DNA from: Deltaproteobacteria bacterium RBG_13_43_22
GTDB lineage: Bacteria > Desulfobacterota > RBG-13-43-22
Direction: 5' to 3'
Assembly (NCBI GenBank): GCA_001797675.1
Contig: MGQB01000001.1
Span: 137,968 to 201,967, forward strand
Length of the DNA stretch: 64,000 nucleotides
Both the position numbers and the translations under genes were made by a program. Shown here piece after piece: positions 35,553-44,528 of the stretch; the stretch's first letter is position 1, and every line of letters begins with the position of its first letter. The notes beneath the pieces were generated by a model, which saw only the letters and a program-made list of their open reading frames with translations, was not told where the DNA came from and searched no databases.

Positions 35553-38267
35553 ATGTTCAAAAATACAAGAGGCCTCGTTTTATTAATGGCTTTAATTCTG
35601 TTGGTGGGGGGAATACTTCGCCTCCTCTTCCTGGTAACGCCCTATATGGATTCAGATCAGGCTGTTAACGGATTGATGGCCCGTCATATTCTCCAGGGAG
35701 AATTCCCTTTCTTTTTTTACGGTCAGGATTATTGTGGAAGTATTGAGGCCTATTTGGTTTCCACCGTCTTTTTTTTATTGGGTCCATCCCGTTTCATGCT
35801 CAATTCGGCCATCGGTCTGGAATCGCTCTTTTTCATCATCTTGATTTATTTTTTGGCCTGGACTATCGCCGATAAAAAAACAGCCCTCCTGGCGGCCTTG
35901 TTTACAGCCGTTCCTTCTTATTACTTGTTTTTCCACTCGGTCCTGGCCAGGAGTGCCTATATTGAAATACCGATCATCGGAGTCCTTCTTTTTATTATCA
36001 GCCAAAAAATAGTTTATCGTGATGAATCACAAAGCCGGAATTTTTTATTGTTGGGTTTTCTGTGCGGCCTGGGGATTTGGACCCATTTCTTAATCATTTT
36101 TTACCTGCCGCCTATCTTCCTTCTTCTTTTCATCAAAGACCAATGGTTCTGGGGCCGTCGGACCATCCTTTTCCTGTTACTGGGCCTGATACTGGGCGGA
36201 TTGCCCCTCTGGATTCATAATAGCGTCCATCCCCTGGTTACCTGGCATTATCTAATGAACACATCCGGGGGCTCAGAACCGGTTTTGACCTCTTTAAAGG
36301 ATTTTTTCCTCTTTCGTTTTCCAGAGGCCTTGGGATTGAGAAACAACGAAACCGCGAGATTTACTATACCTTATTTCTCACCGGTTCTGTATCTCATTTA
36401 CCTGGGTTCCTTTGTATTCCTGCTCATTTCTGGAAGAAAGGGCTTTATTCGTTTATTCAGACTAAAAATAGAACCGGACAATGGTCGAGTTCTGCTTCTG
36501 CTTTTTCTTTTGCTCTATCCGCTGATCTTTTCCTTCAGCGGATTTGCCTCGGCCCATACCAGCCGTTATTTGCTGCCGTTATTTTCAGTGTTGCCAATCC
36601 TGTATGCTGTTTTTACCAAAAAATTACAATCCTTTTATGGAGCCTGGGCATTTCTTTTTATAATCTTAACCCTTTTTTCCAATATTTATGGCACGGTTAC
36701 CAGGGTTCCCCTTTTCAATAATAACCAAGTCAAACAATTCCACGAGGCCAGAAAAAAGGAGCAAGATTTATTTAAATTCTTAAAAGAAAAAAATATTAGG
36801 CGGGTGTACTGCCATGACTATTGGATATCGGAACAATTAAAATTTGACTCCAAGGAGGAGATCATCTTCGCTCAACCTATGTATGATCATTATCCCCCTC
36901 ATACCGATTTGGTTGATCGGGACCCGAGAGCTGCTTTTCTTTTCCAGGGAGATAATAAGGATTTTGAATCCACTTTAAAAAATATCGGGGGCACCTTTCA
37001 GAAAAGCCAGGTCTTCGGATATAGTATTTATCATACCTTCTCCCCCCCCTCCTTCCGGTTTATTGAACTGGATCCGACCCCATTTACAGCGGCGGCCGAT
37101 TCCAATCCCATAGAAAGGATAAACATTTTTGATCGGGATCTGAATACCCGCTGGTCTTCCCAGGCCCCGCAGAAACCCGGGGTCAATCTCCAAATCGATT
37201 TGGGCCAAGTTGTTCCCAATCTGGGTCGGATCACCCTCTTGTCCGGAAAAACGGAAGATCTACCGCGGAGGATTCAGCTGGAAATCTCTCTCGATGGCCG
37301 AAAATGGCAAACAATTCGTGAAGCCACCGGGTTATGGGGGGACCTGTTCTGGTCCGGTCCCCACCCCTTTTATCGTCCCGGGATTGGTCGGGTCGATATC
37401 ACCTTTTCTTCCCGGTCCGGCCGTTTTTTAAGGCTGACCCAACTCGGGAGCGATCCAACTTATTATTGGTCCGTGGCCGAATGCTTTATCTTCCAGGCTC
37501 AGGCGCAGCCCACATCCCAACCGGCACCTTGGGATGTGACCCAATTGATTTCTTATTTAAACCGTTTTAACATCTCCAATATTTTTACCACCCCCTGGAT
37601 CCAATCCCAGTTACCCCTGGACTGGCGGGAAAAACAAAAGTCTTTGGTTCTCCAAGAAGGGAAGGATGGACAAGTCCAGACTCTTTCCAGTCCGGTCTTT
37701 GTGGTCGAGAAAGACAATTCAACTGCCTTGACCCATTTTTTAATAAATAATTTTAAGCAGCCTTATCAAGAACAGGAAATAAGCGGCCAGGTCGTTTATT
37801 CCTTTCCCCCGTCATCCGATCGATTTCGACCTCTCTCACCTAAGAATTGGCGTTTTCAGACTAATTATAATCCCCAAAAAGCTTCACTGGCCGCGGACGG
37901 GAAGATGTCCACCCGCTGGACCACAGATAGGCCGCAAGTCCCCGGAGCTTACTTTCGAATCGATTTAGGGCGCATGGAAAAGGTCGCCCGAATTCGTTTT
38001 TTAGTAGGGGAATCGATCAATGATTTCCCTCGAGGATATTCAATCCGTTATTCAGCTGATGGGCAAACCTGGACCTTATTGGACTCAATCATAAGTCCGG
38101 TTTCCCTCCATTGGACCGGGGAAACCCTCTTAAAGGGCGGAAAGGATCTGGATTTAACCTTTCCATCCACGTCGATGCGTTATCTTCAAATTAATAATAC
38201 CGGAAAAGACAACGTGTATTATTGGTCGATCCACGAGGTGGAGATTTATGAAAGGCAAAATAATTAA
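35553..38267 (+). CDS. ArnT/PMT (GT39)-like GT-C membrane glycosyltransferase with two F5/8 type C (discoidin) domains
   Basis: 904 aa. Loop motif YMDSDQAVNGLMARHILQGEFPFFFYGQDY. Discoidin-type segments DRDLNTRWSSQAPQKPGVNLQIDLGQ...YYWSVAECFIFQ (about nt 37060-37500) and DGKMSTRWTTDRPQVPGAYFRIDLGR...VYYWSIHEVEIYE (about nt 37840-38255). Confidence 0.75.
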   Translation: MFKNTRGLVLLMALILLVGGILRLLFLVTPYMDSDQAVNGLMARHILQGEFPFFFYGQDYCGSIEAYLVSTVFFLLGPSRFMLNSAIGLESLFFIILIYFLAWTIADKKTALLAALFTAVPSYYLFFHSVLARSAYIEIPIIGVLLFIISQKIVYRDESQSRNFLLLGFLCGLGIWTHFLIIFYLPPIFLLLFIKDQWFWGRRTILFLLLGLILGGLPLWIHNSVHPLVTWHYLMNTSGGSEPVLTSLKDFFLFRFPEALGLRNNETARFTIPYFSPVLYLIYLGSFVFLLISGRKGFIRLFRLKIEPDNGRVLLLLFLLLYPLIFSFSGFASAHTSRYLLPLFSVLPILYAVFTKKLQSFYGAWAFLFIILTLFSNIYGTVTRVPLFNNNQVKQFHEARKKEQDLFKFLKEKNIRRVYCHDYWISEQLKFDSKEEIIFAQPMYDHYPPHTDLVDRDPRAAFLFQGDNKDFESTLKNIGGTFQKSQVFGYSIYHTFSPPSFRFIELDPTPFTAAADSNPIERINIFDRDLNTRWSSQAPQKPGVNLQIDLGQVVPNLGRITLLSGKTEDLPRRIQLEISLDGRKWQTIREATGLWGDLFWSGPHPFYRPGIGRVDITFSSRSGRFLRLTQLGSDPTYYWSVAECFIFQAQAQPTSQPAPWDVTQLISYLNRFNISNIFTTPWIQSQLPLDWREKQKSLVLQEGKDGQVQTLSSPVFVVEKDNSTALTHFLINNFKQPYQEQEISGQVVYSFPPSSDRFRPLSPKNWRFQTNYNPQKASLAADGKMSTRWTTDRPQVPGAYFRIDLGRMEKVARIRFLVGESINDFPRGYSIRYSADGQTWTLLDSIISPVSLHWTGETLLKGGKDLDLTFPSTSMRYLQINNTGKDNVYYWSIHEVEIYERQNN

Positions 38268-38275
38268 AGGTGAAT

Positions 38276-38397
38276 AGACTGAAGGTGGAAGGCTTTTAGT
38301 AATAAATCAGACAAGACCAAGACTCATCGAAACCGAAAAGATCTAACTGGCTGATTAGTGTCTAAGGAGAAGTATTATAAATTTCAACCTTCAGACT
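38276..38397. repeat. Imperfect inverted repeat pair built from CTGAAGG-type heptamers
   Basis: AGACTGAAGGTGG (38276-38288) matches the reverse complement of CAACCTTCAGACT (38385-38397) at 11 of 13 positions. The right arm continues as ACCTTCA GACTTCA GCCTGAA. Confidence 0.6.
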
Positions 38398-38439
38398 TCA
38401 GCCTGAATCCCCTGAGTCGTTACCACTGGAGACCATGAT

Positions 38440-38904
38440 ATGGAACAAAAAACAACTCCCTCTCTGCAGGAAGACTTTTTGACCGTCCGGCCTTCCTGGA
38501 GGAGCTATTTCGTCTTTTACGCCGCCATCCTCATTTTTGGAATTGGACCCACCCTCAATCCCGATGCGGGAATAAACCGGCCTTTCGGATTGGCTGTCTC
38601 AATTATTTTAGTGTTTTTTATTTTTTACCGACGAAAAGCCACTTATTACCGTATAACCAAACACGAAGCTCTTCGTGAATCAGGCCTTTGGGGTCATACT
38701 AAAAAAAATTCCCTTCCTTTTGAGGGAATTGCCGGTCTGGAAGTAAGGAGAGGAGTTGTCCACCGCCTTCTTGGTATCGGACATTTACAATTTCGTTCCC
38801 GGCTTGCAGGCCAACCGGACCTTTGGTGGTTTGGGGTCGAAGACCCGCTTGGGGTGAAAAAAAAAATCGAAAGCTTCCTGCCTAATCCGAACCAGTCGGA
38901 ATAA
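38440..38904 (+). CDS. Bacterial PH domain (bPH_2/YdbS-like) membrane protein
   Basis: 154 aa. Two N-terminal helices are followed by YYRITKHEALRESGLWGHTKKNSLPFEGIAGLEVRRGVVHRLLGIGHLQF, the typical membrane-flanked PH domain pattern. Confidence 0.6.
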   Translation: MEQKTTPSLQEDFLTVRPSWRSYFVFYAAILIFGIGPTLNPDAGINRPFGLAVSIILVFFIFYRRKATYYRITKHEALRESGLWGHTKKNSLPFEGIAGLEVRRGVVHRLLGIGHLQFRSRLAGQPDLWWFGVEDPLGVKKKIESFLPNPNQSE

Positions 38905-39027
38905 TTATTTGGTAACCGATCCACCCGGCGCTGTACAGCCGAAAGGGAAATATTTTTTCACCGCAAATAATTATATCTCTCCTTTAGGCCCTCTGCGTCT
39001 GTGGTGAATTTCTTATTCCCAACGCCA

Positions 39028-39549
39028 TCAGGATTTTGTTTCCAGAATATTTTTTAAGGCATTTTCAAAATGGATTGGTGATACAACTCCCTCAAACCGC
39101 TTAACAATTTTCCCTTCCTTATCGATCAGGAAGGTGGTCGGAATACCAAAAACCTGATAATCTTCCGCCACTTCTCCGGTTCCGATCAGGATGGGGTAAG
39201 GAATTTTCATCCTTTTGACAAAACTATTCAGGATAAAAGGAACTCCATCCGTATCCAAGGAAATCCCCAGAATCACCAGTCCCCTCTTCTTATTCTGCTG
39301 ATAAATCTTGGTCAATTCCGGGATCTCTTGGCGGCAGGGTGGGCACCAGGTGGCAAAAAAATTCAGCAGGACCACTTTCCCTCGAAAATCAGACAGACTC
39401 ACTTTTTTGGATTGTAAGTCTTTTAAGTAAAACTCTTTGGCCGGACGAACCTTTTCGACCTCTTTAGAATAACTCGTGGAAGGATTGGTGACAGTTCCTA
39501 TCATCAAACCGGCCAGGATCAGAATCAACCATTTCATTTTTAGCTTCAT
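39028..39549 (-). CDS. TlpA/ResA-family periplasmic thiol:disulfide oxidoreductase
   Basis: 173 aa with a signal/anchor helix and the motif FFATWCPPCRQEIPEL. Confidence 0.85.
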   Translation of the reverse strand: MKLKMKWLILILAGLMIGTVTNPSTSYSKEVEKVRPAKEFYLKDLQSKKVSLSDFRGKVVLLNFFATWCPPCRQEIPELTKIYQQNKKRGLVILGISLDTDGVPFILNSFVKRMKIPYPILIGTGEVAEDYQVFGIPTTFLIDKEGKIVKRFEGVVSPIHFENALKNILETKS

Positions 39550-39686
39550 TACGTTCTCTTGTTCCTCCCAATTTTCTTTTTCTTTTTTCTTTGACAGGAT
39601 TCCCTTAGGGAAAGTAGGTTATGGGATGCTCAATTTTTCCAAGAATCTCCGCGGTCGTATCTTGCCTCTTGTATTCTGTATCTGTA

Positions 39687-41333
39687 TTAGGCATCCAGTA
39701 TTTCTCTGACCTTCTTGATCAACTCTTCATCCCGATAGGGCTTTTGAACGAATCCCTCTACCCCTTCCTTGAGGATTTCTCCTACCTCTTTATTAGTACT
39801 ATAACCCGAAGATAACAATACTTTTATTTTCGGATTGATATCCCTCAATTTAAAGAAGGTTTCCTTCCCTCCCAGCCCGGGCATGACCCAATCCAAGACC
39901 ACCAAGGCGATATCATCCCGGTGATCTTGGTAAATTTGAATGGCCTCCTCTCCCCGTGAGGCTAAAATAATCCTATAACCTTCATCCTCGAGGATGTCAG
40001 CCCCTAATTGTCGAATAACCTCTTCATCATCGACGATAAGAATGGTTTCGGAACCCTTTGTATTGAAGGGTTCCGGAGGAAGGGGGGAGAACTCCTCGAT
40101 TATCACCTCCGGAACGGCCGGCAAAAAAAGTTCAAAAGAGGCCCCTTGACCGGGTTCACTTTTCAAATCAATATATCCACCATGATTTTGAATAATCCCA
40201 TACACCATGGAAAGTCCTAACCCTGTCCCTCTTCCCGGTTCTTTGGTGGTAAAAAAGGGTTCAAAAATCTGGGATTGAATCTCCTGGTTCATTCCACCGC
40301 CGGTATCCGAAAGGGTTATCTTTACAAAATCCCCTTCTTTCCATCCGCGCTGTTTAAAAGCGATGCCCTTTGACAAGGTTTGGTTACCGGTAACAATTTT
40401 CAAGGTTCCTCCGGATGGCATGGCATCCCTGGCATTCAAACAGATATTGATCAGGGATTGTTGAAGCTGAGTCTCGTCTCCCTCAATCAAATCCAAATGG
40501 GGATCCAGTTCCACATCCAGGATAATCCGCTTATCAATGGTCCGTTTTAAAAATTGGATCAGATCTTGAATGAGGACATTGCAGTTAATCGGCTTAACCT
40601 GATACTTTCCACGCCGGGCGAATCCAAGGAGTTGTTTAGTTAATTCAGCCGCCTGCCCTGCCGATCGTTCTATGCAGGCCAGTGAATGAAACAGGGGGTC
40701 CCCGACCTTCATTTTTTTCTTGGCAAAAGAGGCATAGCCTAATATTCCGCCAAGAAGATTATTAAAATCATGGGCAATGCCCCCGGCCAGATTCCCGATG
40801 GATTCCATCTTTTGAGCCTGGAGGAGCTGTTCTTCAAGCTTTTTATGCTCGGTAATGTCCCGGGCAATCCCCATGGCCCCCACGACCTTTCCCTGCTCGT
40901 TCAAAATGGGGGCGGCACTCCCGGAAAAATATCGAATTTGTCCATCTTTTCGAAGATATTGCCAATGGATATTTTCTACACTCTTTTTCTCATTTCGAAC
41001 TTCCTTAAAAACCTGAATCAAAAAGGCATGTTCGTTCGGGGAAGAAAAATCAATAAAATATTTTCCCAGGACCTCCGATTCATCATGTCCCAAGATCTTT
41101 TTCCATCGTGGCCCTATATAGGTTATGCTCCCGTCCATATCAAGGGCGAAAATGATATCAGGAATACTTTCCACCAGAGAGCGGTACTTCCGCTCTGAAA
41201 CCTTTAACAGTTCCTCGGATCGCTGTAATTTCTGAATGGCCTGCCGGTATCCCGAACCTTTTTTTCCGGAAGGGATTCTGGATGATTTCAGAACTCCGGA
41301 TTCCCCTGATTTGGACCCGGTTGGTCTTGACAT
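39687..41333 (-). CDS. PAS-domain hybrid sensor histidine kinase with C-terminal receiver
   Basis: 548 aa. PAS region (SIPDIIFALDMDGSITYIGPRW). H-box GGIAHDFNNLLGGI. G2 box GTGLGLSMV. Receiver ILIVDDEEVIRQL ... VVLDWVMPGLGG. Confidence 0.85.
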   Translation of the reverse strand: MSRPTGSKSGESGVLKSSRIPSGKKGSGYRQAIQKLQRSEELLKVSERKYRSLVESIPDIIFALDMDGSITYIGPRWKKILGHDESEVLGKYFIDFSSPNEHAFLIQVFKEVRNEKKSVENIHWQYLRKDGQIRYFSGSAAPILNEQGKVVGAMGIARDITEHKKLEEQLLQAQKMESIGNLAGGIAHDFNNLLGGILGYASFAKKKMKVGDPLFHSLACIERSAGQAAELTKQLLGFARRGKYQVKPINCNVLIQDLIQFLKRTIDKRIILDVELDPHLDLIEGDETQLQQSLINICLNARDAMPSGGTLKIVTGNQTLSKGIAFKQRGWKEGDFVKITLSDTGGGMNQEIQSQIFEPFFTTKEPGRGTGLGLSMVYGIIQNHGGYIDLKSEPGQGASFELFLPAVPEVIIEEFSPLPPEPFNTKGSETILIVDDEEVIRQLGADILEDEGYRIILASRGEEAIQIYQDHRDDIALVVLDWVMPGLGGKETFFKLRDINPKIKVLLSSGYSTNKEVGEILKEGVEGFVQKPYRDEELIKKVREILDA

Positions 41334-41533
41334 AAAAAACTCGCTCCCTCCTGAGAACGAATGGGTTTTGAAGAATAAACAGTATTCTCCATCATTTATG
41401 GAACTATGTCAATTTAAAACGAAAATTCATTTTAATCTCCCCTAAATGTGTGTGTAAACACACAAGCAGGCTTAATCATATCTACCAAGGGGGGAGCAGG
41501 GGGGTTTTTATGTTTTTTTCGTTAAATTCGCTT

Positions 41534-41905
41534 TCAGCCGGCAATCTGGGTAGAAAGTACCGTGGAATGGAAATGGGCCGGTTTCGAAGCACTGGGCCAA
41601 AACACTCTAACCGTTATTTCCGCCAAAGAAGAATCTTTTTGAACGATGGTTTCCCGTTGGAATAGGGTTCCTACCGTACCAATCGTTAAGCCGGATTCTA
41701 CCTCCCCCTGTAATTCGGAAAAAGAAAGGCTCTTCATCGACTCCATCTTCTCCTGAGCTAACTGAAGGGCCGCTGTCTTATTTTGGCTGTACTTATTGGC
41801 CTTCATTACTCCGACCGACAAACTGGTGAGGGACAGCACTCCGAAACACAAAATACCGAGGGCCACCATGAGTTCCAATAAAGAAAATCCATTTCTTTTT
41901 TTCAT
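41534..41905 (-). CDS. Prepilin-type N-terminal cleavage/methylation domain protein (PilV/pseudopilin-like)
   Basis: 123 aa. MKKRNGFSLLELMVALGIL matches the G/FxxxE prepilin motif and is followed by a hydrophobic helix. Confidence 0.75.
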   Translation of the reverse strand: MKKRNGFSLLELMVALGILCFGVLSLTSLSVGVMKANKYSQNKTAALQLAQEKMESMKSLSFSELQGEVESGLTIGTVGTLFQRETIVQKDSSLAEITVRVFWPSASKPAHFHSTVLSTQIAG

Positions 41906-41976
41906 CTCCCTGGTTCTCCAATTTATTAATTAATGAAATGTTTCCTCTATTCCATTAAGTGACGGGTTCGGTTCTT

Positions 41977-42378
41977 TTAAGATAATAATTTTCCAAGAAT
42001 CGGGCCAATCTCCCTTAATTTATCTTTGGGAATGATCTCCTTAATGCCTTTTTCGATCAAGTGGTGGACTTCCAGGGGAAATAGAGTCAAAGAGGCAATT
42101 AAAACAACGGGTATTCCCCGCATGAAGGCCAAGTTCGAAAGATATGGACCTCGAATTCCCGGAAAATAAAGGATCACCACATCATACCCCCCGGAGAAAA
42201 TCAAATCGACAGCAAGAGAAAAGGAGGCGGCTTTATCGAATCGACAATTCAGACCAATCTTTTGGGTTTCTTCCTTTATTGAATCGAAAATTTCCTGATT
42301 TTCATCCACTACCAGAACTCGTTTTTCTTCGAGGTTGGAATAATCCATAATAACATTTGTCTCCTTTTCACTCTCCAA
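41977..42378 (-). CDS. Stand-alone receiver-like (CheY-fold) protein lacking the phospho-acceptor Asp
   Basis: 133 aa. RVLVVDENQEIF is the acidic-pocket region. The position that normally reads D-x-x-x-L-D-x-x-M-P reads YDVVILYFPGIRG, with Tyr where Asp is expected. VVLIAS and IIPKD follow. Confidence 0.55.
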   Translation of the reverse strand: MESEKETNVIMDYSNLEEKRVLVVDENQEIFDSIKEETQKIGLNCRFDKAASFSLAVDLIFSGGYDVVILYFPGIRGPYLSNLAFMRGIPVVLIASLTLFPLEVHHLIEKGIKEIIPKDKLREIGPILGKLLS

Positions 42379-42741
42379 GTCAAACCCTATACCCGTCTAT
42401 TCGCAAAATCGAGACCAGCCCTAAAAGGGGCTTTTCCACAAATGTTGGATCAATGGTTTGTTTGGGGGACTTTTCCCTGATTATCCATTTTATCTTTTTA
42501 TTACGGTCTCTAATCGACAATTGGACTACTATTAAACCAAGGCCTGATTCTCAAAAATCCTTTTAACTTCAATATCATTGTAAAGATAAGTTCCAAAACA
42601 TGGAAACCAAGTTTACACCGATTTGGGAATGAATGTTGAGCGGGTGAAGGGATAGGATTCAGCTGGCGAGTATCCTGTTTGGCCTTGACTTTAGATAGGC
42701 TTTTTTCCTTTTTAATAAATGACCAACTTAAGGATTACCCA

Positions 42742-43371
42742 ATGGATATCTTAAATTATACCGACGAGCACTGGATCTTTCGAGAGGCCGTGCGAAAGTT
42801 TCTCAAAAAAGAGGTCACCCCTTAGGTGGAGGAATGGGAAAAAGCCGGAATTGTTCCCAAGGACATCTGGCTGAAAATGGGGAAACAGAGGTTTTTATGC
42901 ATGGGTGTGCCTAAAGAATACGGCGGACCGGCCGCTGACTTTCTTTATTCGGTGATCATAATGGAAGAGCTGGCCCTGATCAATCATACCGGGCCGGCCG
43001 TTCCCCTGCATAGCGATGTCGTTGTTCCTTACAGCACGGCCTTCGGGAAACCTGTTTCCAAATTCCAATCCAATCAATTCAAAATTGAGGAGATGGCCAC
43101 GGAAATCAAACTGGGCCGAACTTTTATGGACAAACTGATTACCGATCATCTGGAGGGGGAAAACATCATCGCGGAAGTTTCCATGGCCAAGTACTGGATT
43201 ACCGACATAGCTCAGAGCGCGGCCGACCAGTGTCTCCATCTTCACGGGGACTAAGGTTACTGCGAGGAGTACCCCATTGCCCGGGCCTGGCGGGACACCC
43301 GGGTCATGTCCATCTTCGCCGGTACCAATGAGATCATGAAGACCATCATAGCTAAAATAATGGGATGGTAG
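42742..43371 (+). pseudogene. Acyl-CoA dehydrogenase relic (two in-frame stops plus loss of the central domain)
   Basis: One frame reads MDILNYTDEHWIFREAVRKFLKKEVTP-TAG-VEEWEKAGIVPKDIW...EELALINHTGPAVPLHSDVVVPYSTAFGKPVSKFQSNQFKIEEMATEI...[49 protein letters not shown]. It spans about 210 codons against about 380 for intact ACADs. The N- and C-terminal helical domains are joined with the beta-domain missing. Confidence 0.8.
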
Positions 43372-43402
43372 CTATAGAAAATAATCTGGAATATCTAACA
43401 GA

Positions 43403-43870
43403 TTAGACCAGACCCCCTAAAGTACTAAATATTTCCTCAATATCGGGTAATTGGGCTATGGGATACACCTTAACGAAAATGACCTGATGTTTTTCGTCAA
43501 GGATGATATTGGCCCTCTCGGAAAAACCATTCGCCTCCCGGAACAGGCCATAGGCCTTGGCGACTTTGCCGTGGGGCCAGAAGTCGCACAGCAGCGGGGT
43601 CTGTTGAATGCCGAGTGTTTTGGCCCAGGCATTTTTAGAAGGCACGGTGTCTATGCTGAGGCCAAGGGCAACGGTGTTGAGAAGGTCAAACTTCTCCTTG
43701 TTGGCTTCCAGTGCCTTCATTTGTTCAGCGCAGACGCTGGTCCAGGCCAGGGGATGAAAGGAAAGAAGTACCTTCTTCCCTTTGAAGTCCGACAACCGAA
43801 TCTCCTTATCCCGATTATCCTTAAGGTCAAACGGCTTCGCTCTTTCCCTCCGCTGTATTAATTTTCTCAT
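43403..43870 (-). CDS. Peroxiredoxin (AhpC/TSA, Bcp-like)
   Basis: 155 aa. Motif LLSFHPLAWTSVCAEQM (peroxidatic Cys context). Confidence 0.8.
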   Translation of the reverse strand: MRKLIQRRERAKPFDLKDNRDKEIRLSDFKGKKVLLSFHPLAWTSVCAEQMKALEANKEKFDLLNTVALGLSIDTVPSKNAWAKTLGIQQTPLLCDFWPHGKVAKAYGLFREANGFSERANIILDEKHQVIFVKVYPIAQLPDIEEIFSTLGGLV

Positions 43871-43970
43871 GACCCTTCCTTCGGCCTGCCTACGTCATTA
43901 ACAACAATATTCTAAGAAAACAATTCCCAATAGCGTATCAGGGAAAGCTGACTCTAATTATTTCAAATTT

Positions 43971-44393
43971 TCATTTCGGCTTTTCCACATAAATCTTCAT
44001 AAGAACCTTACCCCAACCCCCCTTGTCCAGGCCGACATCCGTGCACTGGACGATGTTGAAGTTAGTAAACTGTGGATCAGATTTTGAGACCAGACGCTCA
44101 TATATGACTGGAAGCTGATGGGACACAGGTCCCAGAGCGAACATACACATCCGCTTCGGACACTCATCGGCGATTAGCTGGCCGCCTGCGGTCATAACGA
44201 ATCGGTCTCCCACTTTATGCCGAGCATGGCATCCTTGAGACTCGATCACTTCGGCAATAACCCGACATTTGACGAACTCGGGGGTTTCGGTGACCATCTT
44301 GACCTTTTTGGGATCGGAACGAAAGAGTCGCATCTCCTCATCCGTATATCCCATGTGCTTCTGGAAACGATTCCAAATTTCCTCTGCTTTCAT
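43971..44393 (-). CDS. TIGR04076-like Cys-containing small protein with N-terminal extension
   Basis: 140 aa. VKCRVIAEVIESQGCHARHKVGDRFVMT...CPKRMCMFALGPVSHQLPVIYERL...IVQCTDVG...VLMKIYVEK resembles the TIGR04076 pattern as I recall it. Function unknown. Confidence 0.45.
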   Translation of the reverse strand: MKAEEIWNRFQKHMGYTDEEMRLFRSDPKKVKMVTETPEFVKCRVIAEVIESQGCHARHKVGDRFVMTAGGQLIADECPKRMCMFALGPVSHQLPVIYERLVSKSDPQFTNFNIVQCTDVGLDKGGWGKVLMKIYVEKPK

Positions 44394-44528
44394 GTCTCTC
44401 CTCCTTTTTTAGATTAATTAAATCAAAACCACACTTCAACTTAACTACATTAAAGTTTGAAAAAAGGTCAGATCTTTATTCTGGACTTTCGACGGGACCA
44501 CACTCCTGAAAGAAGGAGGTTTGTCAAG

